A stretch of 61,095 nucleotides of DNA, the filler included, from Basidiobolus ranarum (taxonomy: Eukaryota): NCBI GenBank assembly GCA_040143965.1. It is 9 parts of 9 records of this genome, joined end to end, with 100 filler letters (N's around TTAATTAATTAA, not from the genome) between each part and the next. Parts side by side here need not be neighbours in the genome. Positions count along the whole stretch, not along the records: positions 20,443 to 27,147 come from JASJQH010008139.1; positions 27,248 to 33,949 come from JASJQH010008140.1; positions 34,050 to 40,744 come from JASJQH010008141.1; 6 more parts are not named here. The stretch is one strand, 5' to 3'. The notes beneath the pieces are model-generated. The model ran no database searches, had not been told where the DNA came from, and saw only the letters and a list, made by a program, of their open reading frames with translations. This document shows, piece by piece, positions 24,192 to 34,722 of the stretch (the stretch's first letter is position 1; every line of letters starts with the position of its first letter). A program made the position numbers and the translations under genes.

Positions 24192-25543
24192 CTAAACAAT
24201 TCTGATCGCCTCCCAAAGAATGTTAAGCGTACTATTAGTTCCCAGAACTATTTGGATAGTAGATATTGTATCCCAATGAATTTTCAAGCATTTTCTCAAA
24301 TCGAGAACCTCAAGGTTACTACAGAGTTTTACCAACAATAGAACGTTGTCCACACACACCCAATCGCATCCAGATAAATTAACATATCGAAGTTGAGGAC
24401 ACCATTTCCCCAAAGATTCGATCGCCTCCTTGGCTGAAACGGGTACACAGGTCAACCCAGGCTGAGGAGTATGCTGCATCATGGATTGATACTCATTAAT
24501 CTCAGGATAAAATACATCACGTATGATAGAGCATCCGGAAAGACTCAGATATTGAAGCTTTGGGCATTGTTTGGATAGCTGGATGAGAGAGGAAGCGGAA
24601 ACACATATATCTGCCAGTGCCGCGCCAGGAGAGAGATCAATTTTGCGAATAAAAGACTCGTGTACGTGAAGTCTTTTTGGGCGTAGTAAAGTTTGCAGAA
24701 ACATAGCCCAATGGAATGTGGATTTGAATGTAGGTGAGTGATATAAAAATGGTGTAACGCATCGATTCCATTGTCGGCTTATTTCAGTGCAAGCTAGTAA
24801 GCAGCTCTGGAAAGATAAGAGGTGCTCAAAAATGTTCAATAAAAGCTCATCCGGGAGGAAAAGTTCTATACCACTTAGCGTTTTGGATGCTCCTTGAATA
24901 GGCTCTAGCACCTCAAAAGCCTGGTTTCCGCGCTCGTACATATCTATGTGATTCGATTGCGAAGACAAGAAGACATCATCGTCAGGCTCAAAAGCACTAT
25001 CCTTCCGCACAAGTGGGTGGACTCGTCTTTCAGAGCCTTCCATAGAGATCTGAGTAATCTCATTATCAATAAAGCGACTTGAATGTAAAATTTCTGTTGC
25101 AGAAGAATTCTCACTAACGCTTAATAACGATATCCATTGTTGCTGTAATTGACTGTCCAGCAGTGCTTCGAAGAGTGTGTGAGAGTTTTCACTATGAGGA
25201 TTTGGTGTGACGGAGATGGCTGTGCGGTTAGAAAATCCAGTGGAACCAGAGAAAACTATTTATATTGGAAAAACAAAAAATTACTATGATGTTAATTTGG
25301 GGCTTTTGACAGTCAAGCTAGGGAATAGAGAAAGAAAGCTACTCGTAGCTAGATGAATGTTTACATACTGGGAAGATGAGGGCTGTTCGTCTCCCATGTA
25401 TGATTTTCAGTGAAATCCGGATTATTGGAAGTTCTGAAACTTGTTGGGTGGTGTACCTCCATATCATCAGCCTCTTCAGAGAACATGGGTACAAAGGTGG
25501 ATGAAGAGGGTAGTTTGCCGTGCGTGAGCCCAGTAGTAGTCAT
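24192..25543 (-). CDS. F-box/leucine-rich-repeat protein (start uncertain; upstream exon ~25361-25543)
   Basis: F-box LPDELLLNIFEHL...ACTEISRQWNRCVTPFLY, followed by cysteine-containing LRRs (CPKLQYLSLSGC, CPQLRYVNLSGC, CSNLEVLDLRKC). Confidence 0.85.
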
Positions 25544-26159
25544 AAAGTTTGGTGCAGTTCTAAAATTGATACTATTGGAACAAGTGCAAGTGTGAATAAT
25601 ATGAATAGAGAATGATGGGACGGATGACTAGAAGAATGCTACTATTTAGTGTAGAATGAGGCTTATTGTCAACAACTATGGGCACAGCGACAATGTGTTG
25701 GCCTGAACCTGAATAGAACTGACAGTCCAATCAATTGTATCCAATCTAGCGAAGGATAGATCAGAATCTGCTCCGTATACATTGAGATCCTATAGGATCG
25801 ATATATTGCTCACCAATCCGCAGCTTTAGAGTTCTATTTAAGTACATCTCCCGTCTCTGGTGTGGATAATTCCATATGGAGCGAAAGCTATGGGTGTGTT
25901 GATCGCGTCTAGAGAGAGTACACGCCATTGTGTGGAGTAGAGATTGGCATCAGCCAGCAATTGTCGCATTGTAGATGAATCTAATTATATCTGGGCGCAA
26001 TCAAATAGTTCTAGGCCACCTGACGGCTAGCTTTGTATTAATTGCGTGGAGAGAACAACAGGCTCGAAGTCGACTTAAAGTGAATCAGGCTTGAGTCGTG
26101 GAATGAGTCGAAAAAGGCAAATATGGGACAAATCTTTACAATGGATGTGTCATCAGGAT

Positions 26160-26660
26160 CTCTGCGGGATCACGTTACTTTGTCAGTGTACTCTGGGCTA
26201 GCTGGGCAGGGCCATACCCCGAGTGTACTGTTATCATAAGCTCGCTTCTGCCCCCACATAGTCAATCACCTCTAACCTCATCACAGGGGAGTTGGGACAT
26301 CATGGAGTTCCATGCATTCGCAGACCTTGAACATCCCATGGAATTGGGACCAGCAGACACTGCCCAAGTCGTCAAGGGTATTTGCATCATTAAGTAACCG
26401 TGCCTGAGAGCGATTGATATCCATAACTGGCGAAGCACCATGTATGGTCAAGTTTCATTATTCAGCTCAAGTTCATTTAGGGGCCTAGAATCATGATTAT
26501 CACCCGGGATGGACAAAATATAGTAGTAATAATGCTGATAATAATAACACTCGGTAACCCTTTCAGTGGCAAATGTATGGACTGAAAGAACTGGAAGAGA
26601 AAGGCAAATCGTGTACAAGTAGCAAAGTTGATGAAATGTAACATTACCATGTCATATTCA
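26160..26660 (-). pseudogene. Possible barwin/DPBB-like secreted-protein pseudogene
   Basis: Frameshifted remnants TFATERVT..HYYYY..PGDN...LWDINRSQARL..KYP*..AGPNSMG..VCECMEL.....RLEVIDYVG, colinear with barwin (TYHYY..CATWDA.KP..W..KYGWTAFCGP..G..CGKCL.V...RIVDQC). TATA-like TATAAATA upstream at ~26703-26710 (minus). Confidence 0.35.
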
Positions 26661-26858
26661 AATGATTGATCTAAGAGTACCTAATCTCTACAAACTGATG
26701 CCTATTTATAGGTGACTAACTGCAACCTATGGTCTAATACCATAGGCTGCTGTACATTTTTGATCAATCATTGCAGAGATATATATGTTTTGAAAATGTG
26801 AGGTGTGGTAATGGTTTTAACATACTGAAGACTGGTGTACACTGTTTTGGCATGCATT

Positions 26859-27142
26859 TGGTGAAATTAGAGTTGTCTAAGCAACTATATAATCATATAT
26901 AGCTTAGTATTTAGTTATCCTATATTGAACTATGATATTACCCATTATTCAAAATTGGAATTTATTCAGAATATTTGCACACATGTTCCTGGGACCTTCC
27001 TTAACACATTCTACATGTTAGTTTGTTTACATCTTGACAAAACTATAAATGTCAACTTTCTACTCTATATATCAATAAGTGGAAACCATCAATTTCTCTA
27101 ATTCTCCTAACCACTTCCAACAGGCTCATAGGTACTTTAACA
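26859..27142 (+). repeat. LTR (family B), internally deleted, no adjacent pol
   Basis: Homologous to 27826-28173 (atatatagcttagtatttagttatc; gcacacatgttcctggga; aaactataaatgtcaactttctactc; ends tactttaaca). Confidence 0.85.
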
Positions 27143-27147
27143 GTTAA

Positions 27148-27247
27148 NNNNNNNNNNNNNNNNNNNNNNNNNNNNNNNNNNNNNNNNNNNNTTAATTAAT
27201 TAANNNNNNNNNNNNNNNNNNNNNNNNNNNNNNNNNNNNNNNNNNNN
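27148..27247. other. Artificial contig spacer
   Basis: N44-TTAATTAATTAA-N44. Confidence 0.99.
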
Positions 27248-27814
27248 TGATCAAATCATAGCAGTTAAGTGGATTTTCAGATATTTGAAAGGTACTGTGG
27301 ATCTATGCTTAAAATACACATATTCTGGATCAAACTTTGATCTGATGGGATATTCAGATGCAAATTGGGGAAGAGATATTGAAGACAGGAGATCTACAAC
27401 AGGATACTTATTTCTTTGCTGTAATGGAGCTATTTCTTGGAATTCAAAGAAACAACCTACCATAGCACTTTCAACAACAGAAGCTGAATACATGGCTGCC
27501 TGTGAAGCAACAAAAGAAGCAATATGGTTAAGAAAACTCTTAACAGATTTGGGTTATTCTCAAAATTCACCAACTACAATATTTCAAGATAATCAAAGTT
27601 GTATTGAATTAGCTAAAAATCCCACATTTCATAATAGAAGCAAACACATAGATATTAAGCATCACTTCATCAGAGAGACTATAGAGAATAAATTTATTGA
27701 CTTAACTTATTGTTCTACAGAAGACATGATTGATGATATACTAACCAAACCATTAGCTAGACAGAAATTTGGAAATTTAGACCTTTATTAGGATTAGTAT
27801 ATATGACTATTTAG
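27248..27814 (+). mobile_element. Ty1/copia pol 3' end (RT end + RNase H)
   Basis: AVKWIFRYLKGT...GYSDANWGRDIEDRRSTTGY...ISWNSKKQPTIALSTTEAEYMAA...DNQSCI...RSKHIDIKHHFIRE. Terminal frameshift, then polypurine tract AGGGAGAG. Confidence 0.95.
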
Positions 27815-27825
27815 TTCAGGGAGAG

Positions 27826-28173
27826 TGTTGAAATTAGCATTGCCTAAACACCTATATAGTCATATATAGCTTAGTACTTAGTTATCTTATAATTCACTAA
27901 GATATTATCAATTATTCTCAATCAGAATTTACTTAGAATATTTTTACCAACTTAGAAGTTCTCAGATATATATATTTTTCAAACTTGTGCTAGAAGCACC
28001 AAACTTTGCACACATGTTCCTGGGACTTTCCTTAACATATTCTACATGTTAGATTGTTTACATCTTGACAAAACTATAAATGTCAACTTTCTACTCAATA
28101 AATCAATAAGTGAAAACCACCAATTCCTCTAATTCTCCAAACCACTTCCAACAGGCTCCCAAATACTTTAACA
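27826..28173 (+). repeat. 3' LTR (family B), 348 bp
   Basis: TGTTGAAATTAG...TTTAACA, directly after the polypurine tract; contains TATAAA and AATAAA; homologous to other copies in the window. Confidence 0.9.
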
Positions 28174-28228
28174 GAAATACTTGACTTACACTTGTTGTTT
28201 TATGGAATTGAAGTTAGGTATGTATACT

Positions 28229-28418
28229 TGTTGAAATAAGTATAGCCTAAACATCCATATTGTCATATATGGCTTAGTATTTAGTTACTCCATATTTCAC
28301 TAAGATATCACCTACTATTCTCAAGAGCAATTTACTTAGAAGTTCTCAGATATATAGATTTTTCAAACTTGTGCTAGAAACATCAAACTTTCCAATAAAC
28401 TCTCAAAATACTTTAACA
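28229..28418 (+). repeat. Short internally deleted LTR (family B)
   Basis: TGTTGAAATAAG...ATACTTTAACA with both termini intact but about 160 bp missing relative to 27826-28173. Confidence 0.8.
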
Positions 28419-29886
28419 GCTTCTATAGAAAGTTGGGGTTGAAGTATGGGGAGTCTTTCAGGAGTTTGACAATTTTCCATTATCCTAGAAGCTTCCAATT
28501 CGTCTCAAATACTCATAATAGGATGTTAGGGGCTTTGAGCAAGTTTTGTAATATAGTCTGTCTTCCAAATTTCCGGGAACAATTCGAACTATGGTTCTGA
28601 CTTGCGAAACATTTGGTAGAGGAGCAGTAAATATGTTAAACATGATATATGCTCATTTCGTATAGACTAAGTAAAAATCTACATGAGATTAGAGAATAAA
28701 CAATGGGTTCGTATTAAGAAAATTCGTGGACAAGCAATGAGCTATTGCGAGGTATATTTAGTTGATGTGAAATTTTAAGTTCAATTTGGTTAATATGGCA
28801 TAGTTCACATATATTCAACTATACATATACCAGTTAAACCTATTTCCACTCAGAGTAAAAAACTCCACAAGTAACTTATATATATACATACCAGTTAGGG
28901 TTATAGATGCAGAAATATCAAAAACTAAGCAAATATAGCAAACTTCAATATTTCATCATGTATTCCCATGATTTCCCCTTATAGGCTTCTAAAGATATTA
29001 TCTAAGTATATGTATATAATTCTATTCAACAAGCAATACTACTTAATCAGTGCATATATCTTAAATATCTCAATAAATGTACAAGTTTTTTGATAATACA
29101 CATAATGGAGGTTTTTTAAGATATTATTGACGTATATGTATGCTAAATTTAATATGGGTGCATGATGCTTATGGTTAGCGTAAGTTTAACTTGTCAGTAT
29201 TCATATGATCCTCCTAAAATTTTCTATTGAATGGTCAGTACCTGGCCTATGATGATACATACCTACTTTTCGTAATGTCTTAATTGCACCAGGACAGACA
29301 GAGTCATATTCTTAGGCTCATAATCAGCTGATGTTGTCCAAGTCTAAGTAGCTCCATTTTTGGTGCACTAAGATTTCTGATTATCGAGAATAACTCTAAT
29401 CATCTAGCATTGCCTTGGCTCACTTGATGGAAAATAACTATGGCAATGTAAAACGAAAGTCTGAATCGATCGGTGTTTCCATTGATTCTCATACTTCGAT
29501 TGATATAAGAGAAATGGCTGATGGTTTTTAAATGAATCTAATCACTTTTCATTGGTTGTGCAGGTAGAACCAGTTTTGTCTTGCCATGTATACCTTTTTG
29601 GCACCCTCTTTTGGCGTCATGTATCGGATGATTGAGCTGGTAGGAAATGAGTTTTGGTTGGTGCTAATGGCTTGTAAAATGAATACCTTTTGTTATTGTT
29701 AAAAAGTATATAGCACCAAGTAGCACCAGCACCGGCAACATATATTTCATTTACCCACTATTTGGTAGGGAATGTTCATAGTAATGAATGGAGAAGAAAA
29801 TCTTGGTTTTACTGATTATTTACATTTACAACCAAACATCAGAATTATTCGAATATTTACATGTGGACCATAAATTATCGTATTAG

Positions 29887-30033
29887 TTATTTAGTATATT
29901 GATTGCGTTGTTGGTCAACCATTGATTGTAATAGGATGTAACGGTAGCGGATGGCCAATGCTCGATGATATTGTACTCGAAGATCCTTAGCAGTGGGTTC
30001 GTAATACGGAGTTGGATCGGTGGTAGAGCTCAT
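29887..30033 (-). CDS. Possible small protein (48 aa), unknown function
   Basis: MSSTTDPTPYYEPTAKDLRVQYHRALAIRYRYILLQSMVDQQRNQYTK. CpG-retaining, with a TATA-like run about 90 bp upstream. No recognised family. Confidence 0.3.
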   Translation of the reverse strand: MSSTTDPTPYYEPTAKDLRVQYHRALAIRYRYILLQSMVDQQRNQYTK

Positions 30034-31012
30034 GGTAGATAGGGTAGACTTTTCGCAAAGAGCCATCGGCAACGTATATCAAATTGAATGATAAAGTTGA
30101 GGCTTGTGGAAACCACTAAATATATATGCTGGCTGGTGGTAGATCCCGATATGTTGATGGTGCAGGGACCTCTTACATTAGACTAAAATAATCATCATGA
30201 CATCATATTATGATGTGCCATCACATTACATCATTACGCATTGGTAAGCCTACTAACTATATATAGATAGCGGCATTGGCCAACTAGCACTCAGTCCTGA
30301 TTCAGTATCAGAAACTGGTCAAGTTGGTATTGTTTTAGGTTGATTCAGCCTAAGCCTGTCAATCCTAAATATTAAAGATCCATTCACTCGCACAACATGA
30401 AAGAGATGACGATTAGCTAAGTTTAACCAGTGTCAATTTGTTCGATAATGACATCGAACTCTATTGGTCGTTTCAGGAGTCGCTCTATATATACCTATTT
30501 CATTATTTTATAATTCGCTCGCGTCTTTTACCGCTACAGCAAGAGAGTCAGCCTAAAAATATATCAAGCTCCACGCCTCGTTGAATTCATTGGGTGAGCT
30601 TAATGAGTGTCTATCTTTACAAATGGGAAAGGCGTTGATTATTTTGTATCTTATAACGTCATCTCAGTGTTTTGAATCTAATGTATCTTACTTAAGAGAA
30701 TCAAGAGTAGTGAAATGGATGATGAGGATTGAGCCCCTTTTTTACTCGCTATGTTTTACATTTGAATAGACATGTACCTATATATATTTATAAGCTACGT
30801 AACTTTTCATTGTCATGATAACTAAAGTTGCAAATCATTGTTTTAGAAGGACAAAATATTGTTTAAGGGAAGTGTCCGACAAGTGGATTCTTGTGGGTGG
30901 TGAATCATATTCTCTTCACTGAAAGAAAGCAAGTTCACGTTTCTGAGGTTCAGGTAAATAATGTGCTTACAGTATACATAGGATTTTGGTGGGATTTAAA
31001 CGAAATGAGTAT

Positions 31013-32004
31013 TCAATGAGAGGGTTGGGCAGGTAGTTCAACTATTACGATTAATTGATGGTTTAGATGATATCCTGTATATCGGAAATATCGAGCCCTT
31101 TTAGTGCAGTGACTGCCGAAGCCAGAATGCTGTATAGGAGCGATATTGTACCATCCATGCTTCCAAATCATTAGATACACTTCAGACAAACTTGCAATGA
31201 ATCCCCGCACTAAACCTAACCAGAATGAAGTAGATGCGCTCATAAATGTGTGAACAGCCATGAAAGGGAAGTTGTAAAAAGTGAGATTGGGGATTGGACG
31301 GCTGAATAACAGGACCTACCATCCCGGGTCTGCAACAAATAAAAAAATTAATCACATGAAGTACATAGCAACTTTACACAAATGTAGTAAATTCAGACTC
31401 AGAAAGCAAAAGCACATGAAAAATGTAGACAACAACCAGTCATAAAAGGTCCTCAATCGAAGACTGTCGGACTGAATCCAACATCTGGATATCGCTTATT
31501 TAGAGACCTTCTTAAGGTGAGATGTTATACTGGACTTACCATGGGCCGACGTTACTAATGTAGTTCAATTAAGCGGAGTCATTAAAACCATTGAAATCCC
31601 AAAAGAAAAATCATAAACTTGCAAGTAAAACTGTGACATAGTAATGATAAACTCTCCGGTGGAAGTAGTATTAGATGCTATGTATCAATCAATTAGGATC
31701 AAAGACCGTAGTCATTGTGTGGTGAGTGGCTTACACATTAAGGCAAACACCCCAAAGTGAGCTGAACAGGTTGAAGAAAGTCATGTACAAATCCTGAAAA
31801 TACACATCACTTCAATTTTTTCAATTCAGATAAGCCAACCCACCGGTACTTAGAAGTGGATTATTGATGAAAAGTAGTAATAACTAGGTGTGGTAGAGGC
31901 AGAAGCGTCGACATATCAAGTAATATAATATATGTACCCAATAAGCGATAAAACGTTTGATATCTGTTGAAGTTGTCAAGGACTTCGCTCTCAGTTAACG
32001 CCAT
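31013..32004 (-). pseudogene. Disrupted multi-exon GPCR-like (cAMP-receptor/Git3-like) gene
   Basis: MALTESEV..., TSKYR|LYMTFFNLFSSLWG, RCWIQSDSLRLRTF and hydrophobic segments with GT-AG introns. I could not assemble a stop-free frame. Confidence 0.4.
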
Positions 32005-33456
32005 TATACCATGTATTATGTAGTGAAAACTTTGCTTTAGAGCAAGCGTGAAAACATATAACGTCGAGGCCCGGGTCAGACTAAACATTATGTGCCTTTT
32101 TAAAAGTCGCATAATTAACGTTGTACACAGCTCAATAGAGCTTAGAGCTATGAATGACGAATTTAACTAATTCTCAGATTGAATAATACGGAGAAAGTGA
32201 AAAATAAAGCGTTGAAAGAACTGAGATCAAAAGAGAAGCATTTTTCGAAAAGTTCCACATAATATATAATTGTGATCCCGAGTACTGTGGGAGGAGTGAA
32301 TTCAGAAGTCATGTAACAAGCATTATTTAGATTGGAGTTGCACACAGTAAACTCCAAGAACTAGGTTTACTAGTTGTTTGTTACTAGTAGTTGTACATAT
32401 GTAACTTACTCCCATCCGCAGACTGTTTCAATATTAGACATTTCTTCACCAACATCTCTTAATAAGGAATTGGCCACGTTTCAATATCTACAAATCTGTA
32501 TCCAGATGGTATATAATCAGCACTTACATAATTGTTGACTAACTGTTAGTACTATAGCTATTCCTTGACCAGTGATTGGTGGGAATAAAAGGAAAGGCAT
32601 AAACTACCGAAAGTTGCACCAAGCCATTCTTTTGGGGAGGGACACTCATTTTGGAATGGTCAAGAACGTTATGACTTTCAAAAGAGGGTTAGGGTTCAAA
32701 AAATCTCATGCTATACGAAGTTGGTATTGTTCTGACTTCCAAGAACCTTAGATTAGTCATCATAGATAGATGTAGATATCGGTAAAATCTAAACTTGTGA
32801 TCCTTCTTGTTATATCTGCAACTTCAAAGACGCCAAAAATCTACGCCGTACACTCGGAAAGGTTCATTCACCTGGCTAATTTGGGATTATTTAGTAATAT
32901 CTTTGCAATCAATCATTGAAGTTACATCTGCACGTAAAATGACCACTCTAGACCAAACTTCAACGAGCTGGTCAGTTGGTGCTTTTTACCGCCTCAAACC
33001 ATAGGTATGGTGATTAAGTTAAATCTAACATATTTACAATGACTTTATCATTCTAATGTACCCACCAACTTGACAGAATTCTTATAATCCGTATATCACG
33101 TGATTATTTGACATCCATTTAGTCGAGAATCCTAAAACTATTCTTATTTCGGCTTCTTATTGGTTATTACCTACTTGATATCATTGCATTACTAAACTGG
33201 ATCTTCACGAGTTGACAATACAACTATAGCTACCTGATCAAACTTTCGATCATTTATATGGTGTTGGAAAGAAACGAGTCATGAAATCAAGTCAAGCCAC
33301 CAGACGTCTACTAAAGGACTGTTGCATAAATGGAATGGTTATGTCATTAAGTAGAAAGTGATATTTGCTATCTCACATATAAATATACCTCAGTTATGAA
33401 CATAAATCCAAAAACCATAACAACATATCAATATCTCGGAAGCATCTTCAACTATA

Positions 33457-33949
33457 ATGAGGTTTCAACTTACAACTCTGCTAGCTTTTTTAGCCTTTTA
33501 TTCGCAAAACATTCTTGCTCAAGATCCCACTACCACTACTGAAATTATTACTTCATCGTCGGCTGACGAGACCCTTACCGTAACGGTGACAGTAGAGCCC
33601 ACTGAGTCTACATCCACTGTCTCTGAAACTGTAACTTCCACCAGCACAGTAGTCCCTACCGAAAATGTTACTTCTACCGGTACCATCATTCCTACTGAAT
33701 CTGTTACATCTACTGTTTCTGAGACTGTTACCTCTACCGATACAGTAGTCCCTACAGAGACTCTTACTTCTACTGCTTCTGAAACTGCTACCTCTACTGA
33801 TACAGTAGTACCAACAGAAACTATCACTTCTACTGCCTCTGAGACTGTTACCTCCACTGATACAGTAGTACCCACAGACACTGTTACTTCTACTGCTTCT
33901 GAAACTGTTACCTCTACCGGTACAGTAGTACCAACCGAGACTACTACTT
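33457..33949 (+). CDS. Secreted Thr/Ser-rich tandem-repeat (mucin/adhesin-like) protein; 3'-truncated
   Basis: Signal peptide MRFQLTTLLAFLAFYSQNILA, then ~6 copies of a 20-aa (60-bp) unit VVPTETVTSTASETVTSTDT. TATA at ~33378. Confidence 0.85.
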
Positions 33950-34049
33950 NNNNNNNNNNNNNNNNNNNNNNNNNNNNNNNNNNNNNNNNNNNNTTAATTA
34001 ATTAANNNNNNNNNNNNNNNNNNNNNNNNNNNNNNNNNNNNNNNNNNNN
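33950..34049. other. Artificial contig spacer
   Basis: N44-TTAATTAATTAA-N44. Confidence 0.99.
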
Positions 34050-34087
34050 AGAAGAAGGACAAGAAGAAGAAGAAGAAGTCCGAATAG
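34050..34087 (+). CDS. Lys-rich C-terminal tail of an unidentified gene (KKDKKKKKKSE*)
   Basis: AAG-rich run ending in TAG at the contig start, followed by pyrimidine-rich 3'UTR-like sequence. Confidence 0.35.
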
Positions 34088-34722
34088 ACACATACTATCT
34101 CTTTTTCATATAATGATTTATAATGTTATCCTTTCGCAACCATTTCTCAGTCATTTCTTCTACACACAACATCTTTTGACCCACTTCAATATTTTCTTTG
34201 CGGGCATGCGAAGATATGACTATTTGACTCACCTACGCTAGCTAGGGCTTTCATCTTTCCCTGTTATCTCTATTTTATCTTCGTATTTTTAGAATGTATG
34301 TAAGATTTTATATATTTTCCTTTTTCCTTCACCCATGACAATACTACTTATATAAACTGGAAACGATGAAAAGCTTCAATAAATATTTTCTTAGAGTTTC
34401 ACCAACCAACATGCAACCATATATATTTGCTTGACATGAATGGATGATGCGATGGAATCGTGATGTACGGAGATAGATTGAGTAATACGTTCTATTGTTG
34501 GAATTAGGCTCAATTGGATGTTAAGATGGTCCAAGCATGGACTATGAGTATTTATTAAGATGATAAGTTCCAAATAGGGCAGAGTGGATTCCAGCAATAA
34601 GTTGCGGGGTTAAGATATATAGTATATAATGGTTAGAGATATTTAATAAGTTTTTTGAGCGGAAGTGGTTTCGTCTAGTGCAGTTAGCAGGGCTACCAAC
34701 GACTAGCCAAGTCAACTTGAAA

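Noticed and set aside
26184..26390. Hairpins suggesting a structured ncRNA
   Set aside because: No diagnostic boxes for U3, SRP, RNase P/MRP or a TPP riboswitch. A decayed coding reading on the minus strand explains the GC content as well.
28900..29400. Ty3/Gypsy RT relic (TDRVIFLG..SAD..QV)
   Set aside because: Only one weak motif is readable; too decayed to call, although the region is CpG-poor.
29560..29780. NDUFA4/B12D-like small gene fragment (AGAGATWCY...QLNHP..KK..TW, minus strand)
   Set aside because: No consistent exon structure or start codon.
33519..33881. Antisense ORF over the Thr-rich gene (and similar shadow ORFs over PAB1, NMA111, ALT1, MBD4 and the Tho1-like gene)
   Set aside because: These are reverse-strand or alternative-frame shadows of real genes.
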